Assembly: GCA_054600435.1 (NCBI GenBank)
Contig: BAAIJX010000023.1
Coordinates: 248,001 to 312,000, forward strand
Direction: 5' to 3'
Source: Neophaeotheca triangularis
Lineage: Eukaryota
Length of the DNA stretch: 64,000 nucleotides
A program made the position numbers and the translations under genes. Positions 13,420 to 23,770 of the stretch are shown piece by piece. The notes under the pieces were generated by a model, which had not been told where the DNA came from, made no database searches, and saw nothing but the letters and a program-made list of their open reading frames with translations. The first letter of the stretch is position 1. Each line of letters opens with the position of its first letter.

Positions 13420-13800
13420 GAACTATTACTATTATTACTATTGTTACGTTCCGCCTTCGCTATACCGTAATACCGACCGAGTCATAGTCTCGCTATAATA
13501 CTAACCAAGTTATAGTCTCGGTCTTATAGGTATATTAATTCATCATGTGTATATCTATCTAGTCTAAGGTATAGGTACTAGTATAGGGGAAAGGTATATA
13601 TAAAGATAGTAATAATACAGTAAGGACTCCTATAACTCTACTAGGTCGCCAAGAGGTTTCCTAGCTATAGAGTAGTTGTAAATCCGTAGGCGAGAATAGA
13701 CGCGATTTACGGCTTCTACCTAGTTTGGAAACTTATATAGCCTACGTAATCCCTCTATTATTCGTACGGAACTAGTACTCCCAGTTCTATACGTCTCGGC
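13420..13800. mobile_element. AT/TpA-rich degenerate tract (RIP-like relic), left border of the MPE/NTase island
   Basis: Abrupt AT-rich sequence dense in TA dinucleotides (tatagtctcggtcttataggtatatt, ataggtactagtatagg); no ORF. Confidence 0.55.
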
Positions 13801-14080
13801 GCGTCGGTATCACAACGCGACAGCAGGTCGGACACGGATAACAAGACATGGTCTGTCTTCCCTCCCGGGAATCTATCCTAGGCGGCCTCTAAGTATATGC
13901 CCAGAATGCTACCTCCTACAGCTCGCACAAGCTGCATGCACAGCCGGGAAGTCGAGCCTTTGTCCTACATGACTTCATCCTTCTTTTCCTTTCTTCTCCT
14001 TTCCTTTCCGTGGGCCAATTACCAGCAAAACATGTTCTTTGCAGTCTCGTTCAAACCGTCCAGCGTCTAGACAGACAAAT

Positions 14081-14983
14081 ATGTTCCTACTCCATCAGTG
14101 TTTTGGTCGAAGAAAACCGGCGTCGCTTCCAGAAATCTCTCCGCCTTTACAAAGGCATTCGCCAGTACCGATCGAAGATGCACTCAACGCGACCAATCAG
14201 CACCCCAAAGAAGTGGTAGATGGCCGCATCCAGTACATGTCGGACCTCCATCTCGAGAAGTTCCGCGAATACAGCAAAGCAGTGATTCCGGTTGCCGCGC
14301 CCTGCCTCATACTTGTGGGGGATATCGGCAGGCTCTGCGATGCGGATATGCTCGAATTCTTGCGAGCTACATGCACGATGAATGGACGCCGGAGAGTTTT
14401 GTTCATTCCTGGCAACCATGAGTATTTCCGCACGTCGCGCTCACATGCGATACGGGCTGCTACCAAGCTCCAGCTTGAACTTGGTCCACTAGGTTTTGAG
14501 TGGATGGACCGGAAGAGGGTTCATCTAGATGGGGGCAACATCATTGTTCTGGGTTGCACATTACATTCGCACATTCCTGAGAGCGCGTCTGAGCATGTCG
14601 GGTTGCACGTGATGGATTTCCAGCTGATCGGCGACTGGGATGTCGAAGACCACAACCTGGAACACAAGAAAGACTGCACATGGCTACAACAACAAGTTGC
14701 TGAGATCTCTACCTCAATGACAAACGCCCGGATCGTGATTGCTACACACTTCCCTCCTATGTGCCACGATGCCTCGGAGGCTGACAACAAGAAATTCTTC
14801 TACGGCAGGCATACTATAGACGCTTTTCTCGAGTGGGAAGGCAACGACAAGGTCACGCACTGGATTTCTGGCCATACGCATGAAAATCACGACTTCTTAC
14901 GCGGATCTACGAGGTTCATTAGCAACCACAGGATGTTGCGAGACGACGGGTACAGCTTTGACCCCATGGCAACGATATTGTAG
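14081..14983 (+). CDS. Calcineurin-like metallophosphoesterase (fungal 'Ser/Thr protein phosphatase superfamily' type), intronless
   Basis: All five MPE motifs in order: SDLHLE, GDIG, GNHE, THFPP, GHTH. First ATG at 14081. Confidence 0.92.
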   Translation: MFLLHQCFGRRKPASLPEISPPLQRHSPVPIEDALNATNQHPKEVVDGRIQYMSDLHLEKFREYSKAVIPVAAPCLILVGDIGRLCDADMLEFLRATCTMNGRRRVLFIPGNHEYFRTSRSHAIRAATKLQLELGPLGFEWMDRKRVHLDGGNIIVLGCTLHSHIPESASEHVGLHVMDFQLIGDWDVEDHNLEHKKDCTWLQQQVAEISTSMTNARIVIATHFPPMCHDASEADNKKFFYGRHTIDAFLEWEGNDKVTHWISGHTHENHDFLRGSTRFISNHRMLRDDGYSFDPMATIL

Positions 14984-15099
14984 GATACTAGAGCCTAGAA
15001 TATGTCAGACCTCGGTACTACATCACGTTCAAGATCCCCAAACTCCGTCACGACACCCAATGCCACGCTTTCAAAACCGCGCCCCCTCCCGCAGACTAC

Positions 15100-16177
15100 T
15101 CAAGCGCCTATACCGAAACGCTTCTCAATGTCGCGGAAAAAGGACTTTCGTTTCGCAGCGTCCTTCTCCAAGGTCTTACGCTGTTTATCCTTGATCGCTT
15201 CGTACCCTACAGGTGCTTCGACACCTTGCTTCTCTAATCCCTTCCATTCCCAGTAGGTTCGAAGCAGACCGAGGTACTCTTGGATGCAGGAATAGTGGAC
15301 GGCACCGTCCGCATTGATCTCCGCTCGAACCTGAGGAATGGACTGGAGCATCGCGGCGTTAGCCTGCTGCTTTATCCGCTGTAGCCCATCTTGCACTGTC
15401 TGTCCTGTCGGAACTGGTTCACGCGTAGAGTTCAGGCCTTGCCTCCCCGCCGTGGCCATACGATCGATGAGATTCAACCCATTGATGTGCTCGGCTTCAG
15501 AAACGTTGGGCGCACCTTCTCTTTTCGCTTGCGCTTCCTTGCGGCACGTACTGACGTCAAAGCCCAGTCTCAGGAAGTATTGTTCCAAGATCGGGAATCG
15601 CAATATGGCTTCACCAGCCATGACAGACGTGAGTTGTTGTTTCAAACCGGTTAAACGCGACCCATGAGCATGCATGAGCCAGAGAACGTCATCTTTGTCC
15701 TTGGTATAGCCCCTTGACGTGATGGCATTCATCTTCAACTTCAAGATCTGGAGCGGAGTTGGTATCGGGATGTAGAGTCCATTGCTCGTGCTGTTGATGA
15801 TTACGATTCCGTCCATGCTCACCGAAAGAATTGTTAGCGATACCGTGGTTCATCAATCACGGCAGCGGAGTTCGAAACATACGCGGAAACACGTCGACTT
15901 GAATGTGGCTTGCATTCTTGGGTTGTTTCAAAGAGAACTTGATGAAGCCTCCTGTCGGGTCGGTGGTGAGGTGTGTAAACAAAGTCTTCTGGCTGGCGAA
16001 GATATCCAAGATGCGTACGGCTGGGGCACCCGCCCACACGTCAATATCCCCGGGCGTACGCTCTTGGTGGCCCAGCTGGACAAGTGCGATAGAGCCGCCA
16101 AAGTAGTGAGCCACTTCACCCTTCAAGAGCTGGTGTACCAATAATACAGCGCGGCTGAGTTCCGTAGACAGGGGCAT
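15100..16177 (-). CDS. AbiEii/DUF1814/MenT-like nucleotidyltransferase with ~190-aa C-terminal extension; splice acceptor anomalous (possible pseudogene)
   Basis: Exon 1 from ATG 16177 encodes YFGGSIALVQLGHQERTPGDIDV...IQVDVF (GG-x-A...R...D-I-D plus third acidic). Exon 2 encodes PLQILKLKMNAITSRGYTKDKDDVLWL (K..A...R...KD..D). Intron signals: GTATGT donor at 15882 and CTAAC branch at ~15837. Confidence 0.72.
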
Positions 16178-16729
16178 GACTGCGCCTCTAGTTGCGAACC
16201 AGAACGAAGTAATAACAGAATGTATCGACACAAGTCGACGAAGCGGCCCTTTGTAATGGATGGTTGGATGTCAGATTGTGGACTCTCCGGGTAAAAAGGC
16301 AAGAAAGGCAAGGAGGTGATGCAGTCCCTCATAGCTGCGGCTCTTTGCTATCTGAGATTAGACAGAATCAAGACCGAGGACTACGCAGTCTCTGCATTCC
16401 TCGCTAAGGCGGCTCCAACCTAGCTCTTGGGACTGGTATTACTGAAAAAGCGAGGAGGACAAGGCCAGGGGACCCGGAAGCGAAGTGTGTAGCCCCGTGC
16501 CGTGCTGATTGCGTTGAAAGAGGAGTATCAGAGTCCGCGAATGGCCCGTGGGTCTGAGTCCAGTGTGGTCTGTAATCACAAGCAATTTACGGCGCTCGAG
16601 TCCTGTAGTCCCTGCTCCGCGCCTAGAGCGCCCAAGAAAGACTAGCTTCCACCTTGCATCTTTTGATGAACGTACGGATATCGTGGTATTATCATTAGGG
16701 GCTCGGCTACAGCAAGGCTGAGCAAGCAA

Positions 16730-17035
16730 TTAGTTAGCTTAGACCACATAGGAGGTCACTCGTAGTGTAATATGGAGGAGTCATAAAGCTATACCGGTTA
16801 CCTGCCTCCTCCCTGTCTACTCGCGTCCTGTAGTCGATGAATAGATAGTAAAGTTGAGCTTTTAGCCTATTAAGCTAATAAAAAGCAAGTCAGAATTATA
16901 CTAGCTAAGAATAGGAGACAGCCTATAAGTATATATAGGGAGTTACATATGCGTAGATGATCTACAAAGTCCCCAAGAAGCTTTATGTCAGGTAGTTAGG
17001 AGGGCGAAGGGTGACGTGCTAGTACGTCAATTTAG
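16730..17035. mobile_element. AT/TpA-rich degenerate tract (RIP-like), right border of the island
   Basis: TA-rich sequence (tttagcctattaagctaata, cctataagtatatatagg); no ORF. Confidence 0.5.
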
Positions 17036-17039
17036 TTTT

Positions 17040-17195
17040 AGGTGCAGGTGTAGGTATAGGTAGAGTTGTAGGTAGAGGCGTAGGTATTGGTTTAGGCGTG
17101 GGTAAAGGTATAGATATAAGTATAGGTATAGGTACAGGTATAGGGATAGGTACAGGTACAGGTATAGATATAGATATAAGCATAGGCATAGATAA
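17040..17195 (+). repeat. Degenerate hexamer tandem repeat, consensus ~(AGGTAT)n
   Basis: About 25 imperfect 6-mers: aggtgt, aggtat, aggtag, aggtac, agatat, aggcat. Confidence 0.9.
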
Positions 17196-18359
17196 ACAAT
17201 AACAAGGACGCAAAAAAAGAAAAAAAAAGTGGTATAATACAACAACACAAAGCTCTGTCGCTCTCCTCTCCACCCTCTCCATTCCAACCCATCCGCCCCC
17301 AACCCCGCCCAAACTACCCAGTTCCGCCCGTCCTCTAATCCCCTCCCCAACCTCCAAGCCCCGAGCAAGTCCAAAATCCGGATCAGCGTCCCCGTTCTAC
17401 ATCACTCCCACGCCACCCGCTCGAAGCCAACCCACCACTCTCACACCCGCCCCCCATTCCAAAAAGCGCCCCACCCAGGACTCGCATCAAACCCGCCCAG
17501 ATGCCAAACTCCCAGCTGCAAAGAAAGCCACAGCTCCCCCGGTGTTGGAACAGTGTCCCTCTCCAGACACTTGCCCGACGGAGCTTGGGTCCGCTTAACC
17601 CTCCGGTGGGGGTTTAGTGGTCCGAGGGCGAGGTTTTGGAAGACGAGGGATAGGACCAGTTGGATGAGGAGAGGGCGGGAGTCGGCGAGAGTCGGAAAGG
17701 CTGGGGGTGAGGGGTGAGGGTGCAGTATGTAGATGTGGAATCGGAAAAAAGGGGAGGGGCTCGAGGAGGAGCGAAGTAATGAGGACAAGAATGACGAGTA
17801 GGGGGGGCAGGCGGGGGGAAGGGTTAACAGTTAGTTTTAACCCTCTTCTTCCTAGCCCAGCCCTCCTTTTTCTAAGTCCAGCTGAACGGAGTCCAACCAT
17901 ATCCCAATGAATCCAATCCAAATTCAAACCCAGATGGATATTCCTGGACTGCCTCAAACACCGCCAAACACCCTGCCGTGATTTTTAAAAAGAACCACCC
18001 CCCCGGAAATCTCGACAAATGCCCGCAATTGCCTGCTTCGCTTGCGAGAAATAGAGCAACAGCGGAATGCAACAGCTGCCGCCGCCGTGATGAGGGTATT
18101 TTATGCAATAAAAAAGAGTGACCTGGCTCTTCCTCCCTGTCAATAAGCCCCTCAAATGTAGTATCCAAGCTCTTCCTGCTTTTTCCAGACGAACCGTCCA
18201 CGGCCGAGCGCATCGGCTCTGTTCTGTTCTCTTAGCACCTACCGGCTACCTCGTCGAGAATGTATTCCAACGCGCCGGGCGAAAGTGTCTCCAAAGCTTC
18301 GAAAAAACCATTCGCAACCCACCCCTTTTCCCGTCTCCTCTTCTTCCCCTCTCCTAATT

Positions 18360-19547
18360 TCACTTCTCCCTCCCAGGCTTAACACACCGTCCCCTCCTAC
18401 CCACATTCTCCCTCAACCACTCAAACCTCCTCAGATCCCCACTTTCAAACCAAAATTCCCCACTCCAAAACCCACAACCCACATTACTCGTCTCCCTACG
18501 CCAAGCAACCTGCTCCAGCCCCGCCTGATCGACAGGAGGGCGATGAACTTCGTGCCCACTGGCGACCTCGACACCCGCAATCATGCTCTCGCCTTCCATA
18601 TGGTGGAATAGTTCGGGTTGGAGAGTGAAGCATTTGGGAAGCACGGCGTCGCGGCAGCCGGAGAGTATGGCGGCGTCGTAGGCGATGAGGCCGATTGAGG
18701 GGTCTTCGTGGGGTGGGGCGACGGTTGTCAGGAGTGCTTGCGCGGTCCGGCGGGTTATGGCGTAGCCGAAGGAGCAGAGGGGGAATCTCGATTTGTGGAG
18801 GACGCGGTTGTGAGGGGGGACGTCGAGGGCGGTTAGGAGGGAGGCGGTGAAGGGGTGGAGATCTGTACGGTCGGGGAGGGAGGGGTCCGGGAATAGGGCG
18901 TGCGGGATGCTGGTTAAGTTGTTCGGGTGGTGATGGCCGACGCCGACGCCTTCGGCTAGTGGGTTGAGGTAGTCGCCGCAGTGGCCGAGGTAGAGGAGGT
19001 CCCAGTCGATGGTGGGGGTACCCCAGGGGTATTTGGATTTGTCGAGGAGGTGCGAGGTGGTTGCGAGAGAGCGGGCGGCTTTTTGCGCGAGTGGGATGGA
19101 GAGGGTGCGCAGGCGAATGTCCCAGTCGACGTCGTCTTCGAAGATGAGGGCGGTTTCGAGGCCGGATTCGAGGAAGGCGCGGAGGACGAGGTGGTGGGAG
19201 AGCCAGGCTTTGACGCTGCCGGCGCCGATGACGGATTGATATGTCTCGTTATGGTATTGGAACTCGCGCACATGCTCGTCGTTCCATTCTACTTGTTGCG
19301 GGATTGTTAGTTGTAATTCTGTGATGGCCGCCGCTTGTTGGAGATGTGTGCGCCGTGGTGAAGCGGGTGCGGACACGACAAAGAGCCCGCCGAAGCCTAG
19401 GGTTGCGTTTGCGGCGGATATGCCGTGTAGTTTGCTGATGCTGGGTATGTCATCGTGCCAGCGGTATATGAGGAATACGCAGAATACGATTGCGGCTATT
19501 GTTATCCATATTGGGCGGAAATTGGGGTAGGATGTGAGGGTAAGCAT
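18360..19547 (-). CDS. Glycosyltransferase family 25 protein (type II membrane)
   Basis: N-terminal TM helix, NATLGFG, AWLSH, ALIFEDDVDWD, WDLLYLGHC, PLCSFGYAIT. Confidence 0.9.
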   Translation of the reverse strand: MLTLTSYPNFRPIWITIAAIVFCVFLIYRWHDDIPSISKLHGISAANATLGFGGLFVVSAPASPRRTHLQQAAAITELQLTIPQQVEWNDEHVREFQYHNETYQSVIGAGSVKAWLSHHLVLRAFLESGLETALIFEDDVDWDIRLRTLSIPLAQKAARSLATTSHLLDKSKYPWGTPTIDWDLLYLGHCGDYLNPLAEGVGVGHHHPNNLTSIPHALFPDPSLPDRTDLHPFTASLLTALDVPPHNRVLHKSRFPLCSFGYAITRRTAQALLTTVAPPHEDPSIGLIAYDAAILSGCRDAVLPKCFTLQPELFHHMEGESMIAGVEVASGHEVHRPPVDQAGLEQVAWRRETSNVGCGFWSGEFWFESGDLRRFEWLRENVGRRGRCVKPGREK

Positions 19548-20670
19548 GGTAATTGCTGCTATCGGGAGGAGAGGTGGTGGTGCGGAGCGGAGGACATGCG
19601 CGCGGGCGCGGGCGGCGGTGGGTGTATGGATGGGTGGTTTGGCGGATGGACGAAGGACGAGCGGGTTTTAGAGCGGCATCAGATGATAGGGATGGCTCGG
19701 CGCGAAGCACCAAGAGGTAAGGTAAGGGTGGTTGTCGATATCTGTTGTAAACAGTGTGGATTGATGGAGGCGGTAGTAGTACCTATGCCTATATAGTGTG
19801 CGACAGGGCGAAGACTGCGCCAAGTGGGAGGTGTTGGGTGATAGTAGATTTGTAGAAAGTAGAAAGGAGGCCTGCCGCCTGCTTAAGAGACGAGGATGAG
19901 GTGGGGCTGGGGGGACGAGGTGGTGTACCTTGGCTAATTCGAAGCCAGTCGTTTGTTACCGAATAGTATTGTATACCTGATATGTGTAGTTGGTAGTTGG
20001 TAGTGGTAGTTGTATATGATTGCTAGATACTGATCAAGTACTCTATGTCTAGAATGAATGCCCGGTTTGCTTAGAATAGTAACTACCACCTTCTTCTTCA
20101 AGTACCTTACCTTCTTAACGTGTGGATTATTGGGTTGAAGCCGACCGGCTGTCCGCATGGTCGGGTTGCCAACCCTAATAGCCTCCGTCCTTAACCTTCA
20201 CCACTTTATTAGTTAATATCTATCCATCGTTTATTACTACTTTGTATGATGAAAGATTGAAATATCACGCGTGGGACAACTGACTGCGAATGAACTGGTG
20301 CAAGCAATCAAATCTTTACTTGATTACCCAGACAAGTCACACCTCTCCTCTTCAGATTCGCATCGAGCATCTCGGCAGTCAAGCGCGTCATTGAGGACAG
20401 ACGAAACAAAAAGGTCTGTAAATATTCAAACACAAGGCGAAAAATCTACTGTGGTTTCCTGACGGACAAAAACTTCTGCGATAAACCGACGCAACGACAG
20501 CAACGCCACGCCAACCCTGCTTCCCTTACTCACTCCCGCCCCAGACTGCCCAAACACACAAATCCGCTCTACAGCAGCAAATAGTCGGACGTCACACCTC
20601 CCCCACGAATCGAGTCCCTCCCAAACACCCCCAACACTCTCTCCTTCTCAACCACCTCCCCCCAACACCC

Positions 20671-22633
20671 TCACTTCCCCACCGCCCACCCAGCAAGCAC
20701 ATCCACCAACCCCGTATCCCACTCCGGCTGACGATCCACCCCCTCCCCATCCAAAGAACCCAAATAATCCGTAACATCCCTCCCATCCGTCTCCCTAGTA
20801 TCAAACCCATTGCCCAAAAAAGCAAACCGATTGCCATCCCAATACTCAATCTCATAATCCTCATACCTGACCGTACTCAGCAAATGCAAGAAACTGAGCC
20901 GACTGCCGGGATAAACCGCCGCTTGGCCGTCGGCTTTGCCCTGTTTGAACCAACTCCTGCAGGGCGATGTCCACGCCGTGCGTTTGAGGAAGAGGTCCGC
21001 GTGTTGCCGGAATTGCTTGCTGATGTCTAGACGCGGGCTTAGGGCTTTGATGTTTTCTTCCTGGCATTTGCAAATCGCTGACAGCATGTACCGTGTCCAT
21101 TGCTCGATCAGGGGCATGAAACTGCCGTGGCCGAGGGGCCCGTAGGGGCCGCAGAAGGAGAAGTGGTTCGGGAAGGTTGGGATGCCAATGGAGAGGTACG
21201 AGGTTACGTTTGTGGTGGAGTGGTCGGGGGAGGACCAGAAGTCGCGCAAGTCGGTGCTGGCGCCGTTGAGGAAGGGGAACCGTGGTTGCCAGGTTGTGTC
21301 GAAGCCGGTGGCGCAGATGATGGCGTCGACGGGGTGTTCGGTGCCTTCGTGGTCGAGGAAGCCGGCGGGTGTGATGCGGTTTATTGGGTCGGTGAAGATG
21401 GTGGTATTGGGGGCGACGAGGGCTTGGAGGTAGCCCGGGGCTGGTGTCGGGCGGCGGCAGCCTGGGTTGAAGGTTTTTGGGATGATTTTGTCGCAGAGCC
21501 GCGAATCGTGGTTGAGAGCCTCGGCCATTTGCTTGTGGCTGAATTCCCGTGCGGTTTGGGCTTCTTGGGAGCCTTTGATGATGAAGCGGAAGCGTTGATT
21601 GAGTTCGTTTTCGATTTGTTTGCGGTATTCGAGGTGCTTTTTGGGGTTATCTTTGAGGAATTGGAGTTGAGAAGGGGTGTAGGCGAAGTTGGCGCCGTTT
21701 TTCCCGGCCCAGGATTGTGCGAAGCCCGCAGTGATCCAGATGGGGCTGCGGACCCAGTGGTAGAGCTGTTCGACTTTCGGTTGGATATTGGCGACTATTT
21801 GAACGCCACTGGATCCCGCCCCAATCACAGCGACGCGCTTTCCTTCGACAGAGTAGCTCGTGTCGTAGTTTGCTGAGTGCATGAGCTTTCCTTCGTAGGT
21901 ATCTAAACCGGGAAGTTCAGGCCATTTCCAGTTGTTGAGGACGCCACCCGCATTAATAAAGAACTCGGCTGCATCGTCAACTACTTGTCCAGTCGTCAAG
22001 TCTTTTACTTTGAACCGCCACTGCCCTGATTCGGTGTCCCAATGAACTCGCTCGATTTGGTGGCGTAGCTTGATGTACTTTTCAATGAAATTGTGCTCTT
22101 TCTCGATTTCTTTGAGATACTCCAGAATCTCAGGGGAGAACGAGTAGTAATGGCTCCAAAGTTTGGTCTTCCAGGAGAATTCATAGCAAACGGAGGGAAT
22201 ATCGCAAGCGCAGCCTCGTGGAAAGTTAGTATTGCTGCATGCTCTCATCCCCGTCTAGTCTTGCCCTACCTGGGTATCGATTTTCGAGCCTGCATCTACG
22301 TTAGCAATCTCTTCTACATACGACTCGGGCAAATCCAACTTACCAAGTCCCACCCACATCGGCATTCTTCTCGTACACAACAATCTTCACCTCCTGCAAC
22401 TGCTCCTCGGCTTGTTTCAGAAAGTTGAGCGTACTTGCCCCGGCTCCCATCAAGATGACTTTGATAGGCCGTTTCGTGCCATAGGGTTGCTCTCGAATTT
22501 TGTAGCCGAAGTCATCCTCGATCGGAACGAAAGCGCCGTCCCTCTCTGCGGTAGGGACGTTTGATTCGATGTCGTTGGATGCGTTTGAGGCATAGATGTT
22601 AGAGGGTTGTTCTGCGTCGTGCTTGATGACCAT
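20671..22633 (-). CDS. FAD/NADPH Baeyer-Villiger-type flavin monooxygenase (StcW-like)
   Basis: ATG 22633. Motifs GAGAS, [24 protein letters not shown] (via the 20-nt micro-exon 22289-22270), YEGKLMHSANY, VAVIGAGSSG, CATGF. Confidence 0.93.
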
Positions 22634-23770
22634 AGTGCTGTAGAAGGCAAAGTGTTGCCACCGCGCCTTTAATAGGTGATGAGAGAAGAGAAACAAGGAG
22701 AGTGGTAGGGGATGAAATGAATAGAGAAGATAGTGATCAAAAGGCGATGCAGATAGTTAAATCCGGTGACTTACCTTCTTACATTGTGCTGTTTCTTGTC
22801 CGTTAATAGGGAGAGAGAGTGGGGTTTAATAGCTCTTACAGCCTCGGGCCATGTGGTGGAGACAAAGTGGATGTACCCAGTGCCCATCTGAGTGAATCTA
22901 CAGGTGCTGCTATCCATGGTTCCTGCTAACACGGTGTCACCAGGCTGCTGTGATGATGAGAGATGGCCTTAGTTAGAGCCGCCTGGTACAGTGTGCTGTG
23001 GGTGTAGGTACTGTATGGCTAGGGCTGTGGCAGCGGCCGTGGCAGTGGCCGTTTGGCTGTGCAGGTTTGGCTTTCGAGCTGCGAAGTCAGGCCGTGGGAG
23101 AGAGCAACTGAGGTGTCGACGGCTGCTTGCATTGCAGATCGATGAAAGTGGGCGTGTAATTGCTCCTCGGCATAACTCTTCGTACGAGAGGGAGAGAGAT
23201 GAGATCTATAGGCAAAGGAGAGGAGGAGTCTGATGTTACATAAGGTACCTCCTTGTAACTTATGCATAGATATATAGGCTCTAGCTGGTATGTAGGAGGC
23301 GCACGCTGTGGCGCACGAAGACCATATCACTAACAGCCTTGTGCTGAGGAGTCGGGTGTGTATTGTCAATGCAAGGCCCAAGTGTCATCGACTTAAAACT
23401 ATCACACATTGAAGATGTTCTGTCCATATCAGTGTACAGCCTTGTCTTCTCCATAATACCTTATCCCCTTCTCCATGTCCGTCTCCAGCTGAGGAAAGCT
23501 TGCTCCCACCTCTCCCGTCCCCGCGACTCAATCACCCACCCAGCTGTCTGGAGTCTGGAGTCTGGACATTCAGCTACGGTACCCAGCCAGCATACTTTAC
23601 CGCGCATGCCGTCGCCGATTCTTATTGGCAAAGAGTTGGATGCGATTCACTGCTATTGAAAAACTTGACGGGACCTTGAAAGACAACTCCTATGCAAAGC
23701 GCGCGCGCCGGGCTGGCACAATTGCCTGCTGGCAAGACCAAGCACGACAAACCTCAGGGTAGACTTCGAC

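Noticed and set aside
17019..17374. ORFs with (IP)n, (LY)n or (YT)n repeats
   Set aside because: Translations of the hexamer satellite.
18360..22633. BVMO + GT25 as a secondary-metabolite cluster
   Set aside because: No PKS, NRPS, terpene synthase, cluster transcription factor or exporter nearby.
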